Both the position numbers and the translations under genes were made by a program. This document shows, piece after piece, positions 1-6,608 of a stretch of DNA of 58,032 nt. Below the pieces are notes generated by a model. The model saw only the letters and a program-made list of their open reading frames with translations, searched no databases and was not told the origin of the DNA. Numbering within the stretch: position 1 is the first letter of the stretch; each line of letters opens with the position of its first letter. Where the stretch lies: positions 1-58,032 of IMG/VR virus record IMGVR_UViG_3300013947_000006, one strand, 5' to 3'. Source of the DNA: a virus.

Positions 1-78
1 TCCCGGCCAGGCGGCGCTTGAGCCAGGCTGCACCAAAGGGCATAACGAAACCCAGCTGGCTGACAAGACCAACTGGGT
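1..78. repeat. Contig-end overlap: bases 1-78 identical to 57955-58032 (circular assembly closure or short direct terminal repeat)
   Basis: Both ends read base by base: tcccggccaggcggcg...gaccaactgggt at both termini, no mismatch. Confidence 0.95.
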
Positions 79-81
79 TTC
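47..81 (-). terminator. Hairpin downstream of leftward gene 109..867 (possible bidirectional terminator)
   Basis: 13-bp stem gaaacccagctgg / ccaactgggtttc (one mismatch), 9-nt loop, just 3' of the minus-strand stop; U-tract weak. Confidence 0.45.
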
Positions 82-108
82 AATTGAAAGTGAGTATTCA
101 GTTATATG

Positions 109-867
109 TTATCCAATCATTGCCTTAATCTTTGCAAGCAGCTCCTTGCTATCAGCAGCCTTGAGATGCTCGATGTCTACATCTGCAAGTGTCTCAGCCA
201 AGGCATCTTTAGTCTCATCAACCTTCACAACCTGTGTACGGCCTGTAGAAACTCTGATACTCTTGAGCTGCTCCTCAGCTACAAGTAATGCCTGCCAACG
301 AGGGTCCTCTTCGCTGAAGTCTGCTTTTGACTTCATGATAGACTTCTTGGACTGAACGTTGCGGATTTCTTTCTTAAGTCTGTCCTGGTCTTCCTTAAGC
401 TCTTCAAGCTGCTCAGCAGTGAAATCTACTGAACCAGACATGCGGCGTGCACCACCAGCGGACTTAACCTTGCCAGTTGCCTTTCTGATAAGGTTCTCAG
501 CAACCGCACCAGCCATCATACTCTTGTAGTTATCCATTGTCATGGCCTTACTCTTTGCACGAGAGCGCTTAGACTGCTGACTCTTCAACATACCGTCGAC
601 AGTTGCCTCATCAAGCTCTTTGATGAACTCAACATCTACAGTGTCGTAGTCAATCAACTTCGCAAGCAACGCATCCATTGCGTTGTGGTCATGCTTTGAA
701 GCTTCGAAGTCCTCACGGTACTCTTCAAGGTTGTCATTCAGCTTCTTGATGCACTCAGCGACAAGCTCATTTGCAACAGTTGTAAGCTGTGCAGTACCTG
801 CAAGATTTCTTGCGTTAGAAGTAGTTTCATTGTTTTCAGTTGCGTTGAACATTTCGTTAATAGACAT
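109..867 (-). CDS. Hypothetical coiled-coil protein (252 aa), paralog of 3884..4399
   Basis: ORF-track frame 109..897. AAAGGAG lies 6 nt upstream of the ATG at 867, so the start was moved. K/E-rich. IRNVQSKKSIMKSK block matches IRSIQSKKTLTKWL in 3884..4399. Confidence 0.75.
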   Translation of the reverse strand: MSINEMFNATENNETTSNARNLAGTAQLTTVANELVAECIKKLNDNLEEYREDFEASKHDHNAMDALLAKLIDYDTVDVEFIKELDEATVDGMLKSQQSKRSRAKSKAMTMDNYKSMMAGAVAENLIRKATGKVKSAGGARRMSGSVDFTAEQLEELKEDQDRLKKEIRNVQSKKSIMKSKADFSEEDPRWQALLVAEEQLKSIRVSTGRTQVVKVDETKDALAETLADVDIEHLKAADSKELLAKIKAMIG

Positions 868-962
868 AGTAGTCTCCTTTCTGTCCGCGTCATCCACGCG
901 GCTGCCACACTTTGCAGTGGCCTGCGTATTTGGTTAAGCTTCATTTCCTTAACTCTATACAT

Positions 963-991
963 ATTATATCATGTATTCTTGCGGCTGTACA
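963..991 (-). promoter_or_regulatory. Sigma-A-type promoter (proximal) for 109..867
   Basis: Minus strand reads TGTACA-17 nt-TATAAT with TGA (extended -10) before the -10. Confidence 0.55.
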
Positions 992-1084
992 TATGTTTTG
1001 TAAATTCAATGCAGTCACTGTACAGTCTTTATTCAATTTGATATAACTGTTAGAACTAAGTACTTATTTCTTAACTCTGAATAT

Positions 1085-1113
1085 ATTATACAATGAAATC
1101 TTGCGGCTGTACA
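1085..1113 (-). promoter_or_regulatory. Sigma-A-type promoter (distal tandem copy) for 109..867
   Basis: Minus strand TGTACA-17 nt-TATAAT. Lies in a ~60-bp direct repeat of the 948-1010 segment (shared cttgcggctgtacatatgttt). Confidence 0.5.
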
Positions 1114-1127
1114 TATGTTTCAGAAAA

Positions 1128-1446
1128 ACGATGCTGCTACTGCATAGACTCCTGCCACAGGGCGATGCGGCGAAGGAGCGGAGCACAGTCAGGTCAAGCT
1201 AGGGTTTTAGCAGCCGCGGCGCCATCAAGTCTGACTAGGGTTTTAGCGACTGCAGTGTTGCATGGTTGAGTCGTGGCTGCAACAGTGCGAGCTAGCATGG
1301 CCTGGCCGCGACTGGGTTTTAGCAGCCGGGATAAAGTACAGTCTGGCCGCGGCTGCACGGATTGCTCACGCTGCATCGGGCCGCAGACTAGTAGATAGTC
1401 AACGGCCGCCCGGCTGAGGCTGGACTGTGCTTGGTGCAGTCGTCAA
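1128..1446 (+). repeat. GC-rich ORF-free repeat block A
   Basis: GGGTTTTAGC at 1202, 1238, 1314; GCCGC-N6-GTAGATAGTC at 1380-1400; GCTGAGGCTGG at ~1412. Homologous to blocks B and C in the same orientation. Confidence 0.85.
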
Positions 1447-1463
1447 GAATATTTCTGAAACTG

Positions 1464-1492
1464 ATAACAAACTGCAAGAAATTTGGTATAAT
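1464..1492 (+). promoter_or_regulatory. Early promoter of cassette 1
   Basis: ATAACA-17 nt-TATAAT with extended -10 TGGTATAAT; upstream A/T-rich agaatattt box shared with the next two promoters. Confidence 0.6.
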
Positions 1493-1539
1493 ATAATTGT
1501 AAGAAAGATAGAAAACAAATTTGAAAGTGAGGTATGGAT

Positions 1540-2166
1540 ATGAATTACAATGTAATTTCCCACAACTATGAAAACACTGGCGGTCACTGCATGATAAGTG
1601 TATTTGAGGTATGGCTTCCGGATGAAAACAGAACAGTGTTTGTCAACGTCGGTGAAGAGTACTGTACGATTACTACAGTCAACCATATCATGAGTGACCT
1701 TGAGATTGACGACTTCGACAAGATTACAGTCGCAACACTGAACTACAAAGAGTCTGATGACTGTACAGTTACTAACGAATACTTCGAGCTGTGTAGATAC
1801 TGCTTGTTTGAGTATTTGAAGAAAGACTGCAAGTATATGGGTTACACTGAGTCACTTCCGTTTGCATGGTTGCTGCCAATGTACCAGCAGCAAATCAGCG
1901 ACTTAGAGCGACAGTTCGTTGAGGATGAATGTGGCGACTGCTTTGACACAGACGGCTATCATGTGGCTGTACCAACAGAAGACGGTGAGCGAGAAGTGAC
2001 CGAAGTTATTCCACAGCATAAAACATTACAGCAGACTCTGGCGGCTTGCTTGTACCGCTTGCAGTCAACATATGAATGTAACAATGAAGTGATGGACGCG
2101 GATGACCTTGGTGACTTACTTACAACCATTGAAGATGTGAAGTACTACATGACAACTGAAGACTAA
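1540..2166 (+). CDS. Hypothetical acidic Cys-containing early protein (208 aa)
   Basis: AAGTGAGG 7 nt before ATG 1540 (the ORF-track ATG 1534 is too close to the RBS); own promoter and own terminator; D/E-rich. Confidence 0.75.
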   Translation: MNYNVISHNYENTGGHCMISVFEVWLPDENRTVFVNVGEEYCTITTVNHIMSDLEIDDFDKITVATLNYKESDDCTVTNEYFELCRYCLFEYLKKDCKYMGYTESLPFAWLLPMYQQQISDLERQFVEDECGDCFDTDGYHVAVPTEDGEREVTEVIPQHKTLQQTLAACLYRLQSTYECNNEVMDADDLGDLLTTIEDVKYYMTTED

Positions 2167-2175
2167 GAGGATGCG

Positions 2176-2199
2176 GCGGCGATGAGTCGCCGTATTTTT
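2176..2199 (+). terminator. Rho-independent terminator of cassette 1
   Basis: cggcga-tgag-tcgccg hairpin followed by tattttt. Confidence 0.65.
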
Positions 2200-2206
2200 C
2201 TACGTA

Positions 2207-2412
2207 TAGCGCGGACGCGGCGTTGCCAGGCTGCGACTGGGTTTTAGCCGCCGTGGCCTGAGGCCGTTAAGCTGTGACTGGGTTTTAGCAGCCAGCCGCG
2301 ATTTGACAAGCTGAGGCTGGGTTTTAGCCGCGGCGATACGACGTTGCCAAACTGTGACCGTCCACAGGATAGTAGATAGTCTCGCGCTGACTAGCTGAGG
2401 CTGAACGACATG
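2207..2412 (+). repeat. GC-rich ORF-free repeat block B
   Basis: GGGTTTTAGC at 2239, 2280, 2319 (spacing 41 and 39 bp); TCCAC-N6-GTAGATAGTC at 2361-2381; GCTGAGGCTG at ~2393. Confidence 0.85.
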
Positions 2413-2446
2413 ACAATGTAGCCATAGAATATTTTTCCAAAACCTA

Positions 2447-2475
2447 TTTACAACTGCGAAAGAATATGGTATAAT
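2447..2475 (+). promoter_or_regulatory. Early promoter of cassette 2
   Basis: TTTACA-17 nt-TATAAT, extended -10 TGGTATAAT, upstream gaatatttttccaaaacc A/T tract. Confidence 0.75.
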
Positions 2476-2506
2476 ATCTATAGAATAAAGAAAGGAGCTA
2501 ATCAAT

Positions 2507-2818
2507 ATGAACTTTACTATCAATGAAAACTCTGCAATGACTATCGTCAACCTTATTGCGTATGAGGACTACGCTCGCGTCAAAAGACGCTACATGAACG
2601 CGGGTATCAAACGCAGACCTACATTTGAGGAATTCTATGCGGAATGTGCCAAGACTTTGGAAATGGATATTCTTCCACGTGATGCATGGCATTGCGGCTA
2701 TGAGTTTGTAGCTGACCTCTTCGATGACAATGAAAAGAACGGTACGCCATGTGACGAAGAGGCACGCTTCAATCAGAACGTAAGCGAATTGCTTGCAATG
2801 TTCCACAATAGAAAATAA
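2507..2818 (+). CDS. Hypothetical early protein (103 aa)
   Basis: AAAGGAG RBS, own consensus promoter and terminator. Confidence 0.75.
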   Translation: MNFTINENSAMTIVNLIAYEDYARVKRRYMNAGIKRRPTFEEFYAECAKTLEMDILPRDAWHCGYEFVADLFDDNEKNGTPCDEEARFNQNVSELLAMFHNRK

Positions 2819-2823
2819 CAACA

Positions 2824-2860
2824 AGCTGCACGGCAAGTAATTGCCGTGCAGCTTTAGAAT
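2824..2860 (+). terminator. Rho-independent terminator of cassette 2
   Basis: 13-bp stem agctgcacggcaa / ttgccgtgcagct, loop gtaa, then T-rich tract. Confidence 0.7.
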
Positions 2861-2876
2861 ATTTTTCAAAAACCTA

Positions 2877-2905
2877 TTTACAACTGTGCCTGGATATGCT
2901 ATAAT
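2877..2905 (+). promoter_or_regulatory. Early promoter of cassette 3
   Basis: TTTACA-17 nt-TATAAT; near-identical upstream box to promoter 2447-2475. Confidence 0.75.
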
Positions 2906-2969
2906 AAGTATAACAGATAAAGAATAAATAAAATCTACAGTGTCTGTTCTGTAGTAGAAGGAGTAGCTT

Positions 2970-3182
2970 ATGATAGTTTACGATACTAAGGGAGGCGCTC
3001 AGCCTAAGGCAGCCGAAAAGTTTATTGAGGATGCTTGGTCATTTCTTAGCAAACAGGATAGCACAGAGGGTTGTAATGTTACTATCACTATAGAGGACTT
3101 GACGTTAGTAGCTTATGACAATGCACAGTTTATGCAAAGCTTGCTAGATGCTGTAAAAGCATATAAGGAGGACATTGATTGA
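2970..3182 (+). CDS. Hypothetical early protein (70 aa)
   Basis: GAAGGAG RBS; own promoter and terminator. Confidence 0.7.
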   Translation: MIVYDTKGGAQPKAAEKFIEDAWSFLSKQDSTEGCNVTITIEDLTLVAYDNAQFMQSLLDAVKAYKEDID

Positions 3183-3190
3183 TAAGAAGC

Positions 3191-3221
3191 TGCACGGCAA
3201 ATACTTGCCGTGCATTTCTTT
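3191..3221 (+). terminator. Rho-independent terminator of cassette 3
   Basis: tgcacggcaa-atac-ttgccgtgca hairpin followed by tttcttt; stem sequence related to terminator 2824-2860. Confidence 0.75.
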
Positions 3222-3229
3222 ACCTCTAA

Positions 3230-3435
3230 AGTGCAGTGGCGACGTGGCCAAGCTGCGACTGGGTTTTAGCGGCCGCTGCGCGGCTTTGCCAAGCCATGAC
3301 TGGGTTTTAGCGGCCGTGGCACATCTATTGCATGGCCGCGGCTGGGCTGCGTACGCAGCAGAACAAACGTTCCACTGGCTAGTAGATAGTCTGGCACTGT
3401 CCGGCTGTGGCTGGGCCGCGGCTGCGGCGATGTGC
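3230..3435 (+). repeat. GC-rich ORF-free repeat block C
   Basis: GGGTTTTAGC at 3261 and 3302 (41-bp spacing) plus a degenerate third unit ~3344; TCCAC-N6-GTAGATAGTC at 3371-3391; GGCTGTGGCTGG after it. Confidence 0.85.
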
Positions 3436-3467
3436 AAAAGAAAAGACCCGGTCTTTCGACCAGGTCT
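3436..3467 (-). terminator. Terminator of the leftward operon 4399->3473 (bidirectional hairpin)
   Basis: agacccggtc-tttc-gaccaggtct hairpin; on the minus strand it is followed by ttttcttttg. Confidence 0.7.
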
Positions 3468-3472
3468 CTCAT

Positions 3473-3700
3473 TTATTCCTGTCTATACTCAGCAGCAGCT
3501 TTTTCTAAGTCGGCCTCACATTCCTTCAAAGCATTTTCATGCTCCTCAAGTTCTTCTCTTAATCTTTTGAGAATATCTTCGGCCCTTTCATCCTCGCTTG
3601 GCTCAATCAATTCTACCAAGGTCTTTTTGTAGTCTATTTCCTCTTTGATGGCCTGTAATCTCATACCATGGAAGAAAGCCACACTCGCATCCTTTTTCAT
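3473..3700 (-). CDS. Hypothetical small acidic coiled-coil protein (75 aa)
   Basis: GGAGGG RBS before ATG at 3700 (internal Met of ORF 3473..3739); ATGA overlap with the upstream 44-aa ORF. Confidence 0.65.
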   Translation of the reverse strand: MKKDASVAFFHGMRLQAIKEEIDYKKTLVELIEPSEDERAEDILKRLREELEEHENALKECEADLEKAAAEYRQE

Positions 3701-3831
3701 TTCACACCCTCCATTTTCTTGAGCATCTTTTCTGTGCATCTGTCTATCTGCTTCGAAGCCTTATCTACAATGGCCTCTTGCCTTTTAGCTAACCTCTGTA
3801 GGTCCTTTAGGTTTTTGAATAACCTTTTCAT
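3697..3831 (-). CDS. Hypothetical small basic protein (44 aa; below the ORF-track cutoff)
   Basis: Hand-translated MKRLFKNLKDLQRLAKRQEAIVDKASKQIDRCTEKMLKKMEGVK; AAGGAGG 6 nt upstream; stop overlaps the next start (ATGA). Confidence 0.5.
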   Translation of the reverse strand: MKRLFKNLKDLQRLAKRQEAIVDKASKQIDRCTEKMLKKMEGVK

Positions 3832-3883
3832 GCCGTACCTCCTTATTAGAAGGGGACCGGCCGGTCTGACCGGTCCCTTAGTC

Positions 3884-4399
3884 TTACATCAAGCTCTTAA
3901 GCAATTCTACAATTCTTTCCTGACTTAAGTTGCCTGAACTTTCAATTGTATCAATGATAGTCTGTACATCGGTTTTTCTAACATACTCATTATCAACCGG
4001 TTTTGTAGACTCTCTTCTTTCGATGAGCATTTTTTCAATCTCACAGGCTTTTCTATACTCATCATTATCACCCTCAACATCTGTCAACCATTTGGTCAAT
4101 GTCTTTTTTGACTGGATGGAACGGATGGCCTTTATAGTCTCATCATAATCAAGCTGGTCAACATCTTCCTGTGTGTACATTGTTACAGGCTTTTCTTTAG
4201 GGTCAAGTAACTGGCGTACCTCTTTTAAGACCTGCTCATATTTTACTGTATTAGTCATCTCTTCCTCGTAGGTCTTTTTGCCCTTCTGTTTTTTAAGTCT
4301 GCACTTGAGGGACTGCACCCTTTTAAGTTCCTTCGCTACTGCCTCCAGGTCATTGTTGAACTTTTCTGCTACCTCTTCAATTCTTGTCATGTCTGTCAT
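3884..4399 (-). CDS. Hypothetical protein (171 aa), paralog of 109..867
   Basis: GTGAGGAAA RBS; shares the IRxxQSKKxxxK block and acidic flanks with 109..867. Confidence 0.75.
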   Translation of the reverse strand: MTDMTRIEEVAEKFNNDLEAVAKELKRVQSLKCRLKKQKGKKTYEEEMTNTVKYEQVLKEVRQLLDPKEKPVTMYTQEDVDQLDYDETIKAIRSIQSKKTLTKWLTDVEGDNDEYRKACEIEKMLIERRESTKPVDNEYVRKTDVQTIIDTIESSGNLSQERIVELLKSLM

Positions 4400-4457
4400 T
4401 TTGATTTCCTCACTTTCAATTATTTTTTGAAGTTTTCATTTCTTAACTTCTATATTT

Positions 4458-4486
4458 ATTATATCATACTTTTTGGAATTTGTAAA
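4458..4486 (-). promoter_or_regulatory. Sigma-A consensus promoter (proximal) for 4399->3473 operon
   Basis: Minus strand TTTACA-17 nt-TATAAT with TGA extended -10. Confidence 0.7.
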
Positions 4487-4558
4487 TACTTTTTTGAAAT
4501 ATTTTTCAAATTCTTTTTCTCAAATCTAGAAGTTATTCATTACTCACTTTCTATAATT

Positions 4559-4587
4559 ATTATATCATGGATTTTGGAATTTGTAAA
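4559..4587 (-). promoter_or_regulatory. Sigma-A consensus promoter (distal tandem copy)
   Basis: Minus strand TTTACA-17 nt-TATAAT; part of a ~75-bp direct repeat of the 4427-4500 segment. Confidence 0.65.
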
Positions 4588-5158
4588 TAGTTTCTTTCAA
4601 AAAAGTTGCACAAAGAATTAGACAAATTCCTATGCAATTTGACAGAACATTTGCTCTGTGCATACCACCCAAAAATTGCGCCGGATTTCTGTGCATTTTG
4701 TCAGGGCCTTAGCGCGGTGGCGCTTGCACAAGTCAACTTTACCAAAAGTAAACAAATAAAAGAAAGCACAAGGTCTAACATAATCGCAGCATCCCAGCCT
4801 AAATGAGACCCAGCATCCCGACGCCACGTAGTCGCCTTCGTTACTGTGTCAATTAGATAGTCCAAAGATTACAGAAAGCCATGTGTAGTTACAGAAGTGA
4901 CCTTTTCCGGCAAAAATCTGGAAGAAGGGTAGATAAACTGGAAAGAAAATAATTATTTTGTTTATTATACGCGTTAATATTGTAAAATTTAACCTGCAGC
5001 GTGTACTTAGTACTTGTAACGAGCCCGTGAGCATCCCCGAAGAGATTTATAAGGGTATGTATTACGAACGTGTTGCGTGTAAGGCCTTTTTAAGGAAAAA
5101 TCTACTCTTTCTCTCGATTTCGCTGACTATTGGATAACACTTGTAGCTATACACGGCA

Positions 5159-5190
5159 GCCAAACAACGTATAATATAATTAGGGAGGTG
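5159..5190 (+). promoter_or_regulatory. Late-type promoter/leader box 1 (upstream of terS)
   Basis: GCCAAACAACGTATAATATAATTAGGGAGGTG; -10 at 5170-5175, poor -35 (CTATAC), SD only ~6 nt after the -10. Same box at 10254 and, on the minus strand, at 56907. Confidence 0.55.
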
Positions 5191-5194
5191 ATTT

Positions 5195-6019
5195 ATGATG
5201 GGAGACCAGGAGCTTATGCGCCCCGGCGGCGAGGACACGCCTCAGCTTATGGTGCATTGTCCAAGATGTGGTCAATTCAAACCTGCTCATCATATTGACA
5301 AGCACCTCTGCGTTGACTGTGCGAATGCTGAGAATACGCGAGTGACCTACTATAGGCAACACCAGGATGATTGGATAGCGAATGCCAAGGAGAATGGTAT
5401 TGACCTTTGGTCGCAGCAGCCCGGCGAGACACAGTGGGAGTTCACAGTCTGGACAGCTTATAGAGACTCGTATCCCGGAAAGAAGCCTACATATGGCGAT
5501 GTAGCTCGTCAGCTTAATACTACCTACAACTCTGTCAAGAAGATTGCACAGCGTTGGTCATTCCAGTTGCGTATGCAGGCTTGGATGAAGTATTGCGATG
5601 ACATCACGCTACTGCAGCGCAGGCAAGAAATCCTGGATATGAATAAGGACCATGTAGATATGGCGGCTAGGTTGCGCTCGAAGCTCAGCACTGCTATTGA
5701 CATGATTGACCCGATGTCGCTTAAGCCTGGCGAGATTGCTTCCCTTGCTAAATTAGCAGCAGACATGGAACGCAAAGCTCGTACTGACACTATTGCTCAG
5801 GAAGAGATGCGTCGCGATGCTATGGTTGATACAGAGAACCCAGACATCAAGAAGAGTCCTACAAAGCAGGCTGATTTGAGCGAGGTAGTCGGAATACTCC
5901 TTAAGGCAGGGGCCCTTGGTGACATCACACAGATTGGTGTTCGCCAGACCAAGACAACCGAAGTCGCACTTGTAGATGCCGATGGCAACTCATCCAGTGT
6001 GACAATGGATGATGAGTAA
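5195..6019 (+). CDS. terS: Terminase small subunit (putative)
   Basis: First gene of the late operon, upstream of HNH and terL; HTH-like TYGDVARQLNTTYNSVKKIAQRW; N-terminal CPRCG...CVDC ribbon. Largely a positional call. Confidence 0.6.
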   Translation: MMGDQELMRPGGEDTPQLMVHCPRCGQFKPAHHIDKHLCVDCANAENTRVTYYRQHQDDWIANAKENGIDLWSQQPGETQWEFTVWTAYRDSYPGKKPTYGDVARQLNTTYNSVKKIAQRWSFQLRMQAWMKYCDDITLLQRRQEILDMNKDHVDMAARLRSKLSTAIDMIDPMSLKPGEIASLAKLAADMERKARTDTIAQEEMRRDAMVDTENPDIKKSPTKQADLSEVVGILLKAGALGDITQIGVRQTKTTEVALVDADGNSSSVTMDDE

Positions 6020-6035
6020 AGAAAGGTAGAGAATT

Positions 6036-6608
6036 ATGGGCAAGAGTCGTAACACGAGGATGTACGGCACTTATCCGTCTGAAACATTTAAGGAGCACGG
6101 TCAACTCTTTCGTCGCTGTGTATTTTGCGGCGAGGTAAAGCCTATTACAGACTTTCCTCGTAATGGCACAGATAAGAAAGGCCGTCCTGAATGGAGACAG
6201 GATTGTAAGTGCTGCTACAATATCCGTAGGAAAGAAAACAGAACAAAGAAGAAGCACTCTGACTTTATTGGTGGACAGAAACGCCGTGGTGAGGAAAATC
6301 CAGAGTTCACTCATCAGGAGTGGAAAGAAGCATTGATTTTCTTCGGCGGAGAATGTGCTTATTGCGGATGCACTCCGCGTAAGGGTCAGCGAATGACTCG
6401 TGACCACCTTGAACCGGTTAGCGAGGGTGGTCGTACCATTCAGAGTAACATCGTACCGGCATGCCAGTCATGTAACAGCTCTAAAGGTGCTGAGGACTTC
6501 AAAGACTGGTTTATGAAGCAGCCATTCTTTAGTCAGGAGAGACTTAACAGAATATTTAAGTGGCGCACTATTATCCGACAGGTAGAAGGAGGTGTTAAGA
6601 ATGATTAG
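6036..6608 (+). CDS. HNH endonuclease (packaging-associated)
   Basis: CAYCG...DHLEPVSEGGRTIQSNIVPACQSCNSSKG HNH motif; N-terminal CVFCGEVKP...CKCCY zinc ribbon; sits between terS and terL. Confidence 0.85.
   Translation: MGKSRNTRMYGTYPSETFKEHGQLFRRCVFCGEVKPITDFPRNGTDKKGRPEWRQDCKCCYNIRRKENRTKKKHSDFIGGQKRRGEENPEFTHQEWKEALIFFGGECAYCGCTPRKGQRMTRDHLEPVSEGGRTIQSNIVPACQSCNSSKGAEDFKDWFMKQPFFSQERLNRIFKWRTIIRQVEGGVKND

Noticed and set aside
2361-2369. TCCACA in the TCCAC-N6-GTAGAT units read as degenerate DnaA boxes (TTATCCACA)
   Set aside because: Only the 6-nt core matches (about 6/9). One copy is TCCACT and another is TCTACA. The conserved partner half-site GTAGAT is not explained by DnaA. I keep it only as a remote alternative.
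1202-3311. CRISPR array, considered because GGGTTTTAGC contains GTTTTAG, the start of many type II repeats
   Set aside because: The conserved unit is only ~25 nt and spacing is irregular (36-128 bp). There are no constant-length unique spacers, no leader, no cas genes, and the units are interspersed with other repeat types.
1194-3570. ORF-track entries inside the GC-rich blocks (1194..1376-, 1399..1686-, 2200..2550-, 3144..3437-, 3175..3570+, 3266..3472-)
   Set aside because: Ala/Pro/Arg/Gly-rich translations typical of random frames in GC-rich DNA. They have no RBS, overlap mapped terminators and promoters, and their 'conservation' comes from the DNA repeat units.
4606-4827. ORFs 4606..4806 (+) and 4630..4827 (-) in the terS-upstream spacer
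   Set aside because: Non-ATG or unsupported starts, no RBS, and they overlap each other on opposite strands. The region is better explained as cos/pac and regulatory DNA.
5925-6407. 160-aa minus-strand ORF overlapping terS/HNH, plus similar antisense ORFs (39243..39710, 42876..43367, 31574..31996, 44373..44783)
   Set aside because: All lie antisense within motif-supported plus-strand genes, and their translations lack any recognisable motif or RBS.
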